64,000 bases of DNA from Armatimonadota bacterium. Its GTDB lineage: Bacteria; Armatimonadota; Zipacnadia; Zipacnadales; VGFC01. The position numbers were made by a program, and so were the translations under genes. Shown here in pieces: positions 9,291 to 18,299 of the stretch (its first letter is position 1; each line of letters begins with the position of its first letter). The DNA lies in assembly GCA_016869045.1 (NCBI GenBank), contig VGFC01000004.1:40-64039 (forward strand). Direction: 5' to 3'. The notes under the pieces were generated by a model. The model saw only the letters and a list, made by a program, of their open reading frames with translations, was not told where the DNA came from and searched no databases.

Positions 9291-9921
9291 CCCGTGCCGC
9301 CTTGACGGCCGCCACGAACTTCGCCGCCAAGTCGGTCAGCACGTCCCATTTGGCCTCCGCCATGGCGTCCTTCGGGGTCATCGCGCTTCCCACGCAAAGC
9401 GCCGCGGCGCCTGCCCTGATGAAGTCACCCGCCGTGTTCAGGTCCACGCCGCCGGTCGGGACGAGCCTCACCTGCGGGAGCGGCGCGAGCACATCCCTGA
9501 AGTAGCCCGGCCCCACGACGCCGGCCGGGAAGACCTTCACCAGGTCGGCGCCGGCGCGCCAGGCCGCGAGGATCTCGGTCGGCGTGAGGGCGCCCGGGAT
9601 GACGGGCTTGCTGTAGGTCCGGCACATCTCGATGACGCCGAGGTCCAGCGTCGGACCAACCACGAACTCCGCGCCTGCCAGGATGGCCGCCCGGCAGGTC
9701 TCGGCATCTAGCACCGAGCCCACGCCGATGACCGCCTCGTGCCCGAAGCGCCGCGCGGCCTCGCTGATGACAGCCAGGGCGTTCGGCGTCGTCATCGTGA
9801 CTTCGATGCACTCCACGCCCCCGGCCTTGATGGCCTCCACCACGCTGATGAGATGCTCCGAGCTCTTCGCGCGAATGACGGCCGTGATTCCCGAGTCGAG
9901 GATCCGGCTGAGTGTGTCCAT
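9283..9921 (-). CDS. eda: 2-dehydro-3-deoxyphosphogluconate (KDPG) / 4-hydroxy-2-oxoglutarate aldolase
   Basis: 212 aa, class I aldolase TIM barrel: …VIRAKSSEHLISVVEAIKAGGVECIEVTMTTPNALAVI…VGSVLD…VKVFPAG…. Confidence 0.7.
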   Translation of the reverse strand: MDTLSRILDSGITAVIRAKSSEHLISVVEAIKAGGVECIEVTMTTPNALAVISEAARRFGHEAVIGVGSVLDAETCRAAILAGAEFVVGPTLDLGVIEMCRTYSKPVIPGALTPTEILAAWRAGADLVKVFPAGVVGPGYFRDVLAPLPQVRLVPTGGVDLNTAGDFIRAGAAALCVGSAMTPKDAMAEAKWDVLTDLAAKFVAAVKAARGG

Positions 9922-9984
9922 GGTGCGCCTCCGGAGGGTCGTCGCATGTGGGGCGGGAGTTCGTGGACCAGGATGGAACGCCCT

Positions 9985-10764
9985 TCACTCCAGGCAGTGG
10001 GGCACGATCTCCGCAAGGGTCAGCAGGTCGAGCTGGTTGTGGCGGATGACGACCTCCAGGAGCCGAGCGTCTTGCGATCGGACGAACTCCTGGTAGCGAC
10101 GGGGAATCTCGGCGCCGGGGATGTCGTCCTCGCGCGTGCGCCCACACAGCATCGTCTCCAGCGTCTGCAGCCGGCAATCCGGGAAGCGCCCGCGGAACCG
10201 CCGCCGCGCCGGTTTCAGAAGATCGACGTGCTCGGCCGCCAGCAGCCAGTCCACGGCGTGGTAGATGGCCCGCTCTTCGAGCAAAGGCAGATCGAAGGTC
10301 GCCCCATTGTAGCTGAACAAGATTTCTATCCCCCGCAGCGCGGCCAGCGTCTCGGCGAGCAGGGGCGCTTCCTCAGGGAAGTCGCGGGCGAGGATCTGGG
10401 TCAGCTCAAGACCGCCCTGATTCCGATGGAGGATGCCCACCAGGAACACCGGCATCGAAGACAGGCCGAGCGTCTCGATGTCGATGAACGCAGCCGATGG
10501 GCCGACTGCAAGTGGCTGCACGCCGCCGATCTCCGGGCGCATCACGTAGCATGTGCCGAAGTCGTTCTCGACGACCTCGCCGGGTAGGAGCACCTCGACC
10601 GGCACGGGTGCGCCGGGCAGGCTGTCGCTCGACCGGTCGGGTTGCGGGGCGGAGGGGGCCTCTTGCGGGGGCTGGCTTTCCGGCTCGGCGGCCGTTGGGC
10701 CATCGGACGGCAACCGGCGGCGCAGGGCCGAGAGCTTCTTGCGCGTCTCTCGCGAGAAGAGCAT
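9985..10764 (-). CDS. RNase H-like 3'-5' exonuclease domain protein (YprB/RNase_H_2-like)
   Basis: AAFIDIETLGLSSMPVFLVGI…LFSYNGATFDLPLLEERAIYH matches the DEDD-like predicted exonuclease fold. Confidence 0.5.
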   Translation of the reverse strand: MLFSRETRKKLSALRRRLPSDGPTAAEPESQPPQEAPSAPQPDRSSDSLPGAPVPVEVLLPGEVVENDFGTCYVMRPEIGGVQPLAVGPSAAFIDIETLGLSSMPVFLVGILHRNQGGLELTQILARDFPEEAPLLAETLAALRGIEILFSYNGATFDLPLLEERAIYHAVDWLLAAEHVDLLKPARRRFRGRFPDCRLQTLETMLCGRTREDDIPGAEIPRRYQEFVRSQDARLLEVVIRHNQLDLLTLAEIVPHCLE

Positions 10765-10768
10765 GGCG

Positions 10769-12505
10769 CTACTCCGCGGCCAGGCTCGAGAGCTGGTCTA
10801 CGGCCTTGCGGTCGGTGTCGAGGGCCTCCCCGGCCATCCTCACCGCCGCCAGGGCGGCGTCCCGGTAGCCGGGCTGCGGGACGCCCGGCTGTGCGCCCTC
10901 GGGGGGACGCGGGAAGCCGTCATGCAACTGGGCGAGCTTGGCGGCCAGCGAGCGGTACAGGGCGGCGGCCGTCCGCGCGTGCGAACTCATCGCGCCGGGG
11001 AGTTCCCCCGCACGCTGCTCCAGGAACTGGGCCGCCGCGGTCCGGCTATCCCGCAAGGTCATCAGCGGTCCGTCGGCCCAGGAGGCCAGATCGGCCGCAT
11101 CCTCAGGAACGGTCTCGGTAGCGTGGGCCTGCAGATCCTTGACCAGGGCGTCATAGCCGGCAGTGCCCCCTGGCGACCCGAAGATCGCCGGACGCTGTAG
11201 AAGCAGCGCGACGCCGCGACGCGAGGCCGCGCGCACCAGGTCGGCCGAGGTTGCCTCGGTCTTGCGCGGCCCCAGTGCGAACTGATAGAACGAGTCGAGT
11301 GCCCCGCCCGCCTGGTCCGTGGCCGCCTTCCAGCGGCCGGCGAACTCCTCGAAGCCCTGGGTCCGCTCGCCGCCGCCGGGCCGCACGTAGACGAACTGCT
11401 TGCTGCCCCGGTCATAGCCGATGACGACGACCCAGTCGCCGTCGGTGTGCGGCACCATCGTCGGCTTGCCGCGGTCCACCGCCTGGCAGAGGCTGAGCAT
11501 GGCCTCTTCGGCGGTGCTGCTGGAACTCTCCAGCGACGAGAACCCATAGGCCGACGCACTCGCCTGGAGTGGGTTGTCGGCGAACACGGCCGACCCGAGG
11601 CTGCGGTTCTGCGGGTCATAGACGAACTGAAAGGCCGTGCCTGAGACCGCCATCAGCGTGTTGAGGTCGGCGCTAGTCCCGCGGTGCTTCAGGAGAACCG
11701 CCAGCGCGTCGAGGGTCACTGCCTGCACGCCGCCGCCCTCATGGGCGAAGGCGGGGACGCCGTCGATTCGCCTCTTGGGGAGCGGCGCTGTCGCCGGCTT
11801 GCCCTTCGGAGAACCGCCGCGAGCGTAGTAGAACCACCCGATGCGCTGGTAGGCGTCAACCGCGCTGGTCGTCTCCGGGAAGTTCTTGCGGACGCTCTCC
11901 CACTGCTTCACGGCGGCTTCGTCATTCTTGTCGATCTTCTCGAAAGCCCGCCCGAGGATCAGTTGGGCCTGCGCGCACTGGTTCGGCTGATCGGGGTACT
12001 TCTCCAGGATGCTCTGGCAGACCGACTTCGTCTCGGGTCGGCCCGCCTCCAGGAGCGCCAGCGCGAGTTGGATCCGCGCCCGGGCGCAGCCCGAGCGGCT
12101 TTCGGGGTGTTCGGCCTCCAGACGGTTCACCGCGGTCCTTATGAGCTGGACGTTCTTCGCTGCCCGCCCCATCGACGCGATCCACTGGAGGGCGTTGTCG
12201 GCATACGTGCTCCTCGGATGGCGGTCGGCAATCGTCTGGTAGTGCACCAACGCCTTCTGGGGGTCGGCGAGGTAGATCCGGTACAGTGAGGCCAGCTCGA
12301 AGTGCGCGGCTGCCGCCACCGGGTGATTGGGGTGCTTCTGGACCAACTGCTCGTAGCGGGCGGCCGCCAGATCGGGCTTGTTCTGAAGGCGCAGGGCTTC
12401 CGCGATTCGGAACTGGCGCCGCGCGCGGTCACTGCACCCGGAGACCAGAAGGGTCCCCAGAGCCGGCAAGAGCACCCAGGCTGCCCACGCCGCTCGACGC
12501 CTCAT
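10769..12505 (-). CDS. TPR-repeat lipoprotein with C-terminal BtrH_N/DUF4872-like (peptidase C39-fold) domain
   Basis: Signal plus lipobox (LLVSGCSD). N-terminal TPR repeats. C-terminal 300 aa align by eye with the two stand-alone paralogs at 17193 and 40855 (motifs AVSGTAFQFV and DWVVVIGYDRGSKQFV). Confidence 0.5.
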   Translation of the reverse strand: MRRRAAWAAWVLLPALGTLLVSGCSDRARRQFRIAEALRLQNKPDLAAARYEQLVQKHPNHPVAAAAHFELASLYRIYLADPQKALVHYQTIADRHPRSTYADNALQWIASMGRAAKNVQLIRTAVNRLEAEHPESRSGCARARIQLALALLEAGRPETKSVCQSILEKYPDQPNQCAQAQLILGRAFEKIDKNDEAAVKQWESVRKNFPETTSAVDAYQRIGWFYYARGGSPKGKPATAPLPKRRIDGVPAFAHEGGGVQAVTLDALAVLLKHRGTSADLNTLMAVSGTAFQFVYDPQNRSLGSAVFADNPLQASASAYGFSSLESSSSTAEEAMLSLCQAVDRGKPTMVPHTDGDWVVVIGYDRGSKQFVYVRPGGGERTQGFEEFAGRWKAATDQAGGALDSFYQFALGPRKTEATSADLVRAASRRGVALLLQRPAIFGSPGGTAGYDALVKDLQAHATETVPEDAADLASWADGPLMTLRDSRTAAAQFLEQRAGELPGAMSSHARTAAALYRSLAAKLAQLHDGFPRPPEGAQPGVPQPGYRDAALAAVRMAGEALDTDRKAVDQLSSLAAE

Positions 12506-13368
12506 AGGTTCGTCAGTTCCTCCAACACGAGGCAGACCTCTTCCATGACGGTACGGTTCGCCCCGCGCTGCTCTTCGGCCTCGTGCGCGCAGAAGTCGAT
12601 CAGGTCCAGCGCCTGAACTCTTCGCTGGATGCGGGCGGTCTGCTCGGCCTGTACGCCTGCCGGCATGTTGGCCAGCTCCTCCAGAATGAGGCCGACCTCT
12701 TCGTACTGCCGCGCCTCCGCCGGCTGCCGCTCAGCGACCTCGAAGGGCGGCGCCACGATGTCCCGGTAGCGCGGGACGAGGTCGCCGGCCACCACCCGGT
12801 TGCGAAGGCAACGCGCCAGGAAGTCCTCCGTAGAGGGGTGAGAGGCGCCGACGACTGCGGCGACGGCGCCCACGAGCAAGGCCAGGGCGACGGCGCTCGG
12901 CAGGAGGATCGTTCGCTGCCGGCTCGCCCGGCGGTCGGCCGTCTCCCGGCGAAGGCGTTCGCCGTGTTCGGCGAGGCGGTCCGTCACAGGAAGCAGCGCG
13001 GCGGAAGGCGCTTCGAGGAACGCGCTGCTCTCCGAAGCCAGATGATGCGCGGAGGCGATGGCCCGTTCGACAGCCTCCTCGGGGGCGGTCTCGGCCAGCC
13101 GCTCCTGGCAGACCTCCAGGATCAACATCGCCAGGTCGGGCCGCCGCCGGGCCGTCCCCAGCGAATCAAGCACCGCGTCCCAGCACTCGCCGAAGCGAGC
13201 CGCGGCCGCCGCCTCGTCCGCGGTCACCTGCGCGCAGGCGGCCCACACCAGTGAGGCATAGCGGTGCACCAGGCCCCGCAAGGCCTCCAGCTCCCCCCGG
13301 CGGGCGCGCGTCAGCAAAACGCGCTCGGCGCGCTGGTCGGAGGCAGGCTCAGTCTCAGGCGCAACCAT
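12502..13368 (-). CDS. hypothetical membrane protein with sigma-70 region-2-like N-terminus (possible anti-sigma/regulatory protein)
   Basis: N-terminus LLTRARRGELEALRGLVHRYASLVWAACAQV resembles ECF sigma region 2; central TM segment ILLPSAVALALLVGAVAAVV. Overlaps the downstream gene by 4 nt. Confidence 0.3.
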   Translation of the reverse strand: MVAPETEPASDQRAERVLLTRARRGELEALRGLVHRYASLVWAACAQVTADEAAAAARFGECWDAVLDSLGTARRRPDLAMLILEVCQERLAETAPEEAVERAIASAHHLASESSAFLEAPSAALLPVTDRLAEHGERLRRETADRRASRQRTILLPSAVALALLVGAVAAVVGASHPSTEDFLARCLRNRVVAGDLVPRYRDIVAPPFEVAERQPAEARQYEEVGLILEELANMPAGVQAEQTARIQRRVQALDLIDFCAHEAEEQRGANRTVMEEVCLVLEELTNL

Positions 13369-13393
13369 GGCCTCTCCGCAGGACGCCGCGGCC

Positions 13394-14074
13394 TCAGCCG
13401 CCGGAGGACTGGAACAACGCGTCGCTCAGGCCCGTGTTGACCCGGTAGCCCGTCAAAGTGATCGTGGCTTCCGCCCCCTTGCCGCCATCCGCTCGGGGCA
13501 CGTTGGGCGCCCGGCAGGTGATGATCGACGGCATCCAATAGCGGCCCCCGACCAGCGTGTGCTGCCAGTCCAGGGTCAGGTGCGTCTGCTGGCCCTCGAC
13601 GACCTCCATGCGCTGGATCGTCCACCGGCCCCCGTCGATGGTCACCAGCACCCGCCCCTGCTCGTCCTGCTCTTTCGGCTTGATCTTCAGCGTGTAGAGC
13701 GGCACACCGTTCACCGTCTTCGTGCCAACCAGGATGATCTCCGCGTCTTCCTCGATCCGTTTGGATAGGTTCCCGAAGGTGAACGCATCCCTCGGCACGA
13801 TCACCAGGCTCTTGCTCTTGATGCTCACCTTGTCGGGGCGCTTGAAGTACACAGTGAAGGTCGGGATCTCGTCCGGAGCCCCCGCGAAGCTGCTCCGCAC
13901 CTGCACTTGGGCGGTGTAGTCGTTGACTTCGGCGCTCAAGTCGAGCGCGCGACGGAGGACCTCGTTCGCGGTCGGAGCGGCCCAAGCCGCACCTGCCAGG
14001 CAGGCCGCCCCGAGGGCCGCGAGGGCGCACCACGCTGCCCTGCCAGGCCCCCGGCGAGGTGTGTTCGTCAGCAT
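13394..14074 (-). CDS. LolA-like outer-membrane lipoprotein carrier fold protein
   Basis: Signal peptide (AWCALAALGAACLAGAAWAAPT), then a beta-rich sequence typical of LolA/DUF4292. Sits downstream of the ABC ATPase/permease. Start moved to the ATG at 14074, whose stop overlap with the permease is ATGA-like. Confidence 0.45.
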   Translation of the reverse strand: MLTNTPRRGPGRAAWCALAALGAACLAGAAWAAPTANEVLRRALDLSAEVNDYTAQVQVRSSFAGAPDEIPTFTVYFKRPDKVSIKSKSLVIVPRDAFTFGNLSKRIEEDAEIILVGTKTVNGVPLYTLKIKPKEQDEQGRVLVTIDGGRWTIQRMEVVEGQQTHLTLDWQHTLVGGRYWMPSIITCRAPNVPRADGGKGAEATITLTGYRVNTGLSDALFQSSGG

Positions 14075-14943
14075 TTGATCTCCCTCCGCCCCATGATCAC
14101 GATGGCCCCCAGGAGGCCCGTCGCGGCATAGCCGGAGACCCAGAGAACCGCCTTCCGGATCTCGGCCCAGTCCGGGGCCTTGTCGAGGACGTGTTCGAAG
14201 GCGGCCATGTGGGTGGTCAGCAGATACGGCTGGATCTTCTCCAATGACTCGAAGGGCATCACGGCGACCATGCCGCTCAGCAGCAGGAAGCCGACCGTGA
14301 TTCCCGCCGCCGTGGCGCCCCGACCGACCGCACAGGACATGCACAGCGCGATGGAGGCGATGGCGATCATCGACAGCCCTTGCAGCAGGTAGGCGAAGGT
14401 CAGGTTGCGGATCGCCTCGAGTTCAGGCACAATCTGGAAGCCTCCGCCTCGCTGCATGTCGATCCAGACGAGGTCTCCGCCACCGAGGAAGATGTAGCCG
14501 ATCCCCAGTCCCGTCGCCCCGAGGAACAGCGTGAGGCTCACCGCATGCGTCGAGTTCACCAGCCACTTGGCGAGGACCACGTACGTCCGGCGGACAGGCC
14601 GACACAGCAGCGTCCGTAGCGTGCCCGACGAGTACTCCGTGGCGACCGCGCCCCCCGCGGCCATCGCGACCATCGCGGCCAGGAACACGTACACCGGCAG
14701 CTTCGCGAACAGGATCGCGCGCGGCACGAAGGCCGCCGTCATGATCTTCCCCGAGACGATGAAGTCGCCGCCCAGGGAACGCTGGATCTCGGCCTTGGCG
14801 CGCCGCTCGTGGTTGCGGGCATCCTTGGCGGCGGCGTAGACCACCAGCCCCGACAGCCCAAGCAGCAGCACGAAGCCCGCATACGTGGCGCGGTGACGGT
14901 AGAACTTGCTGAACTCAACCCGTAGGGCCGCCCACATGCCCAC
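14068..14943 (-). CDS. ABC-2 family transporter permease
   Basis: 291 aa with six predicted TM helices and ABC-2 topology. Overlaps the ATPase gene by 29 nt. Confidence 0.6.
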   Translation of the reverse strand: MGMWAALRVEFSKFYRHRATYAGFVLLLGLSGLVVYAAAKDARNHERRAKAEIQRSLGGDFIVSGKIMTAAFVPRAILFAKLPVYVFLAAMVAMAAGGAVATEYSSGTLRTLLCRPVRRTYVVLAKWLVNSTHAVSLTLFLGATGLGIGYIFLGGGDLVWIDMQRGGGFQIVPELEAIRNLTFAYLLQGLSMIAIASIALCMSCAVGRGATAAGITVGFLLLSGMVAVMPFESLEKIQPYLLTTHMAAFEHVLDKAPDWAEIRKAVLWVSGYAATGLLGAIVIMGRREIKC

Positions 14944-15847
14944 TCTCCGCCATGAGGGTGAGGTAGATCTCCTCCAGTGAGGAGCGCGCCGGGGTCAGCG
15001 CCGACACACGCAGGCCCGCGCCTACCAGGTCGTGATTCAGGTCGGCGATCAGGTCGCCGCTCAGCGTGACTCGGATCCAGCTATCTCGGACTTCAGTCCC
15101 GGTCACGTACGGAAGCGTCCCCGCGACCTGCACCGCGCGGGACAGGTCGTCCACTTGCACATCGGCCTGCGCCGTCGAGCGCGCCAGCAGGTCCGCGACC
15201 TTGCCGCGCCGGATCAGCTTGCCCCCGGACACCACGCCCACGTCGGTGCAGATCAGCTCCACCTCGTGCAGCAGGTGGCTGGAGAGGAAGATCGTCATGT
15301 TCTCATCGTCGCGGAGGTGTCGCATGAGTTCGCGGACCTCGACGAGGCCCTGCGGGTCGAGGCCCGTGGCCGGCTCATCGAGGATGATCAGTTCAGGCTT
15401 GGGCAGCAGGGCCTGCGCAATCCCCAGCCGCTGCCGCATACCGTGCGAGTAGCCCCCGACGCGGTCGTGCTGCCGGTCACTCAGACCCACAAGCTCCAGC
15501 GTCTCGTCGATCCGCTTCCGCTCGCAGCCCCCCGACAGGCGCGCGAGCAGCTCCAGGTTGCGCCGCCCTGAGAGGTAGTCGTAGAACGCCGGCGACTCCA
15601 CCATCGCGCCGACCCGGTCGCCCACCCGCAGGCGCTCCCCGGGCAGGCGCGCGCCGAGAACCCACGCCTCCCCGCCCTGCGGCCTCAGTAGGCCCAGCAG
15701 CAGGCGGATCGTCGTGCTTTTCCCCGCGCCGTTCGGGCCCAGGAAGCCGAAGATCTCCCCAGGCCCAACCTCCAGGTCGAGCCCATCGACCGCAACCCGC
15801 TTGCCGAAGCGCTTGGTGAGACCGGATGTTCGGATCACGGGTTCCAT
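14915..15847 (-). CDS. ABC transporter ATP-binding protein
   Basis: Walker A GPNGAGKST, Q-loop, signature LSGGCERKR-like, Walker B IILDEPATGLD, H-loop SSHLL. Confidence 0.85.
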   Translation of the reverse strand: MEPVIRTSGLTKRFGKRVAVDGLDLEVGPGEIFGFLGPNGAGKSTTIRLLLGLLRPQGGEAWVLGARLPGERLRVGDRVGAMVESPAFYDYLSGRRNLELLARLSGGCERKRIDETLELVGLSDRQHDRVGGYSHGMRQRLGIAQALLPKPELIILDEPATGLDPQGLVEVRELMRHLRDDENMTIFLSSHLLHEVELICTDVGVVSGGKLIRRGKVADLLARSTAQADVQVDDLSRAVQVAGTLPYVTGTEVRDSWIRVTLSGDLIADLNHDLVGAGLRVSALTPARSSLEEIYLTLMAESGHVGGPTG

Positions 15848-15912
15848 CAGGTCATTCGTCCGGTCGGCGGAGAGTGGTCAGGCTGCCGGATTATACCACG
15901 GGTCGGAGTTGC

Positions 15913-15941
15913 TTGACAGGCCCCCGTCCGTGGGATAGCAT
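15913..15941 (+). promoter_or_regulatory. candidate sigma70-type promoter (TTGACA-17 bp-TAGCAT) upstream of prs
   Basis: TTGACA at 15913-15918, 17-nt spacer, TAGCAT at 15936-15941. Lies in the divergent region between the ABC operon and prs. Confidence 0.25.
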
Positions 15942-16066
15942 ACGGGTGCGGGAGGGGCACCGCGCGGGCCTGTGTTTGTCGGCCCGCGCCCTCTTGTTAC
16001 TGCCCCCCGTTGAGCTTCGGTCACCGGACCGGCGTCGGCACGCTCCCCAGGAAGGAGGCAGTCACG

Positions 16067-17050
16067 TTGCCGCAATACTCGAAGCGATGTCTCTTCGCGG
16101 GCACGGGTGCTCAGCGACTCGTCGAGGCCGTCGCCAAGCACCTGAGCCGCATCAACCGGAAGCCCCAGAGCGTCTCCCCGGCGCTGGTCGGCAAGTGGGC
16201 GAACGCCGAGACGCGCGTTCAGCTCCAGACCAACGTTCGCGGGGCGGACGTCTTCATCTTCCAGTCCTTCGCCGACCAGGTGAACGACCGCATCATGGAG
16301 CTGATGCTGCTCGTGGACGCGGCCTTGCGCGCCTCGGCCGACCGCATCACCGTGGTCGCGCCGTACCTCCCCTACTCGAAGCAGGAGAAGAAGGTCCGCG
16401 GCCGCGAGCCTATCGCCGCGAAGGTCCTGGCGAACATGCTGCGCGCCGCCGGCGCCAACCGCGTCATCTCCGTGGACCTCCACGAACGCGCCATCCAGGG
16501 CTTCTACGACATCCCCTTCGACCACCTGACCGCGCTGGGCGTCCTCGCGGAGCACCTCGCGAAGCTCGGGTACAACCGCAACGACTCGGTCGTCGTTGCA
16601 CCGGACGAGGGCGCCATGGAGAAGTCCATGGCTCTTGCGCAGATGCTGGGTGTGGACGTTGCCGTCGTCCTCAAACGCCATCCCGAGGAAGACCCGGAAT
16701 CGGTAGAGACCGCAGCGTTCATTGGCAACGTCAAGGGGCGCCGCGCGGTCATCTGGGACGACATGATCCTGGGCGGCTCCACGCTCGTGAACGCAGCGGA
16801 AGAGGTCCTGAAGGGCGGAGCCAAGGAGGTCGTGGCTTGCATCACCCACGCCATCCTCTGCGGCACCGCCGTCCAGCAGATCGAGGCCTCCAAGCTCTCC
16901 AAGCTGATCGTCAGCGACACGACCGCACCCGAACGCGCCTACGCCAGCGAGAAGATCACGGTCGCGAGCATCGCGGGCCTCCTGGCCGAGGCCATCGACC
17001 ACATCCACCGCAACCTCAGCGTGAGCGAGCTGCTGCCCGACGAGGTCTGA
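16067..17050 (+). CDS. prs: ribose-phosphate pyrophosphokinase (PRPP synthetase)
   Basis: Full-length PRS motifs (…DLHERAIQGFYDIPFDHL…, PRPP-binding VIWDDMILGGSTLVNAAE). Proposed TTG start at 16067 has a GGAGG RBS 7 nt upstream; the track start at 16010 is also TTG. Confidence 0.85.
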   Translation: MPQYSKRCLFAGTGAQRLVEAVAKHLSRINRKPQSVSPALVGKWANAETRVQLQTNVRGADVFIFQSFADQVNDRIMELMLLVDAALRASADRITVVAPYLPYSKQEKKVRGREPIAAKVLANMLRAAGANRVISVDLHERAIQGFYDIPFDHLTALGVLAEHLAKLGYNRNDSVVVAPDEGAMEKSMALAQMLGVDVAVVLKRHPEEDPESVETAAFIGNVKGRRAVIWDDMILGGSTLVNAAEEVLKGGAKEVVACITHAILCGTAVQQIEASKLSKLIVSDTTAPERAYASEKITVASIAGLLAEAIDHIHRNLSVSELLPDEV

Positions 17051-17079
17051 CGGCGCGTCCGAGAAGGGGTGGAGCCGTT

Positions 17080-17166
17080 GGGACTGTCCCAGTTTTCGGC
17101 AGCCTCACCGCCGAAAACGGGACTGTCCCCTGTTGGCGGTGGCCTCCTCTGGTTCCCTCTGAGTCC
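17080..17166. repeat. family D element copy 1: GGGACTGTCCC - hairpin (gttttcggc/gccgaaaac) - GGGACTGTCCCCTGTTGGCGGTGG…CCCTCTGAGTCC
   Basis: Read directly, immediately 3' of prs. The flanks match the copy at 39123-39210; the internal hairpin does not. Confidence 0.6.
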
Positions 17167-17192
17167 GTCGGCCGATAGGCCGGGGTCTGGAC

Positions 17193-18299
17193 ATGCCAAC
17201 GCTGCTCGGTCTGGCCGCCATCGCGACCTCCGTTGCTCGGGCAGGAGGTGAGACCGTGGTCGTCGAGGGCGTTGATCACTACCGCGTCTGCGAGCCGATG
17301 TTCGAGGGCCTCCGCATCGTCCTCGCGCAGCGCGGCGAAACCTACTCACCCGCATACATCCAGGGCCTCTCCGGGGCGGCCTTTCGCATCGCGGGCATCT
17401 GCCCCTGTGCGCCGACGTGCAACGGCGCGATGGGCCCTCAGGACCTCCTGAAGCTCCTCGGCTACGACTTCGAGGAGTGCACGCTGACCGGCGAGGGCCT
17501 CGACCCCGAGCGCGACGTGCCGAAGGTCGTCGAGCGCGTCACGCAGGAGATCCGCGCGGGGCGGGCGGTGCTCGTATGGCACGCCTTCACCAACGCCGAG
17601 TGGGATGTGGTCAGCGGCTTCGACGACGAGAAGGGCGAGTTCATCGGCTTCGGTTCGTACACTGCGGGCAAGCCGGATGTCTGGCGGGCCGCCCAGACGC
17701 GCATGGCCAAAGCGGTCGAGATCTGCCCGGCGTACGGGGCGCTGCTGATCGGCAAGAAGACCGGCGAACTCGACGCACGCGAGGCTGAGTTGGCGGCGCT
17801 CGAGGAGGCCATCCGCGACTGCCATGCGCCGCGAGACGCCGAGTTGGACAACGCCGGCGACAAGGAAGCGCCCTGGAAGTTCCGCAAGGGGAAGGCCTGC
17901 TACGACGCGTGGGTCCACAACTACCGCGCCAACCCGCAGAAGGTCCCGGAGGCAGGGGACCGGTACTGCCTCGGCGTCTACCGCAGCACGCACCGCATGG
18001 CCGCCGACTTCCTGCGCGAGATCGCGCCGAAGTACCCCCGGGCTGCCGGCCACTTCGGGCAGGCCGCCGTCCTGTTCGACGAGGAGGCCGACGCCCTCGA
18101 CCGCTGCTACGAGAAGCTATGTGGTGGCTGGGAGGGCTGGCAGGAGCCGAACCCGGGGAAGGCGGAGAACATGGCGGAGGCGCTGCAGGTAGCCCGCAAG
18201 CGCTACGGCGCAGCCGTCAAGGAGATCGAGCGGGGCCTTGGCGAGATCGACCCCGAGCGCGTCGAGCAGGCACACCGCCCGCCGCCTACGGCCGGTTGA
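17193..18299 (+). CDS. BtrH_N/DUF4872-like (peptidase C39-fold) domain protein, function unknown
   Basis: 368 aa; Cys-containing N-terminal motif (ICPCAPTCNGAMG), then GLSGAAFRIA and VLVWHAFTNAEWDVVSGFDDEKGEFI. Paralogous to 40855-41763 and to the C-terminus of the TPR lipoprotein. Confidence 0.45.
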   Translation: MPTLLGLAAIATSVARAGGETVVVEGVDHYRVCEPMFEGLRIVLAQRGETYSPAYIQGLSGAAFRIAGICPCAPTCNGAMGPQDLLKLLGYDFEECTLTGEGLDPERDVPKVVERVTQEIRAGRAVLVWHAFTNAEWDVVSGFDDEKGEFIGFGSYTAGKPDVWRAAQTRMAKAVEICPAYGALLIGKKTGELDAREAELAALEEAIRDCHAPRDAELDNAGDKEAPWKFRKGKACYDAWVHNYRANPQKVPEAGDRYCLGVYRSTHRMAADFLREIAPKYPRAAGHFGQAAVLFDEEADALDRCYEKLCGGWEGWQEPNPGKAENMAEALQVARKRYGAAVKEIERGLGEIDPERVEQAHRPPPTAG

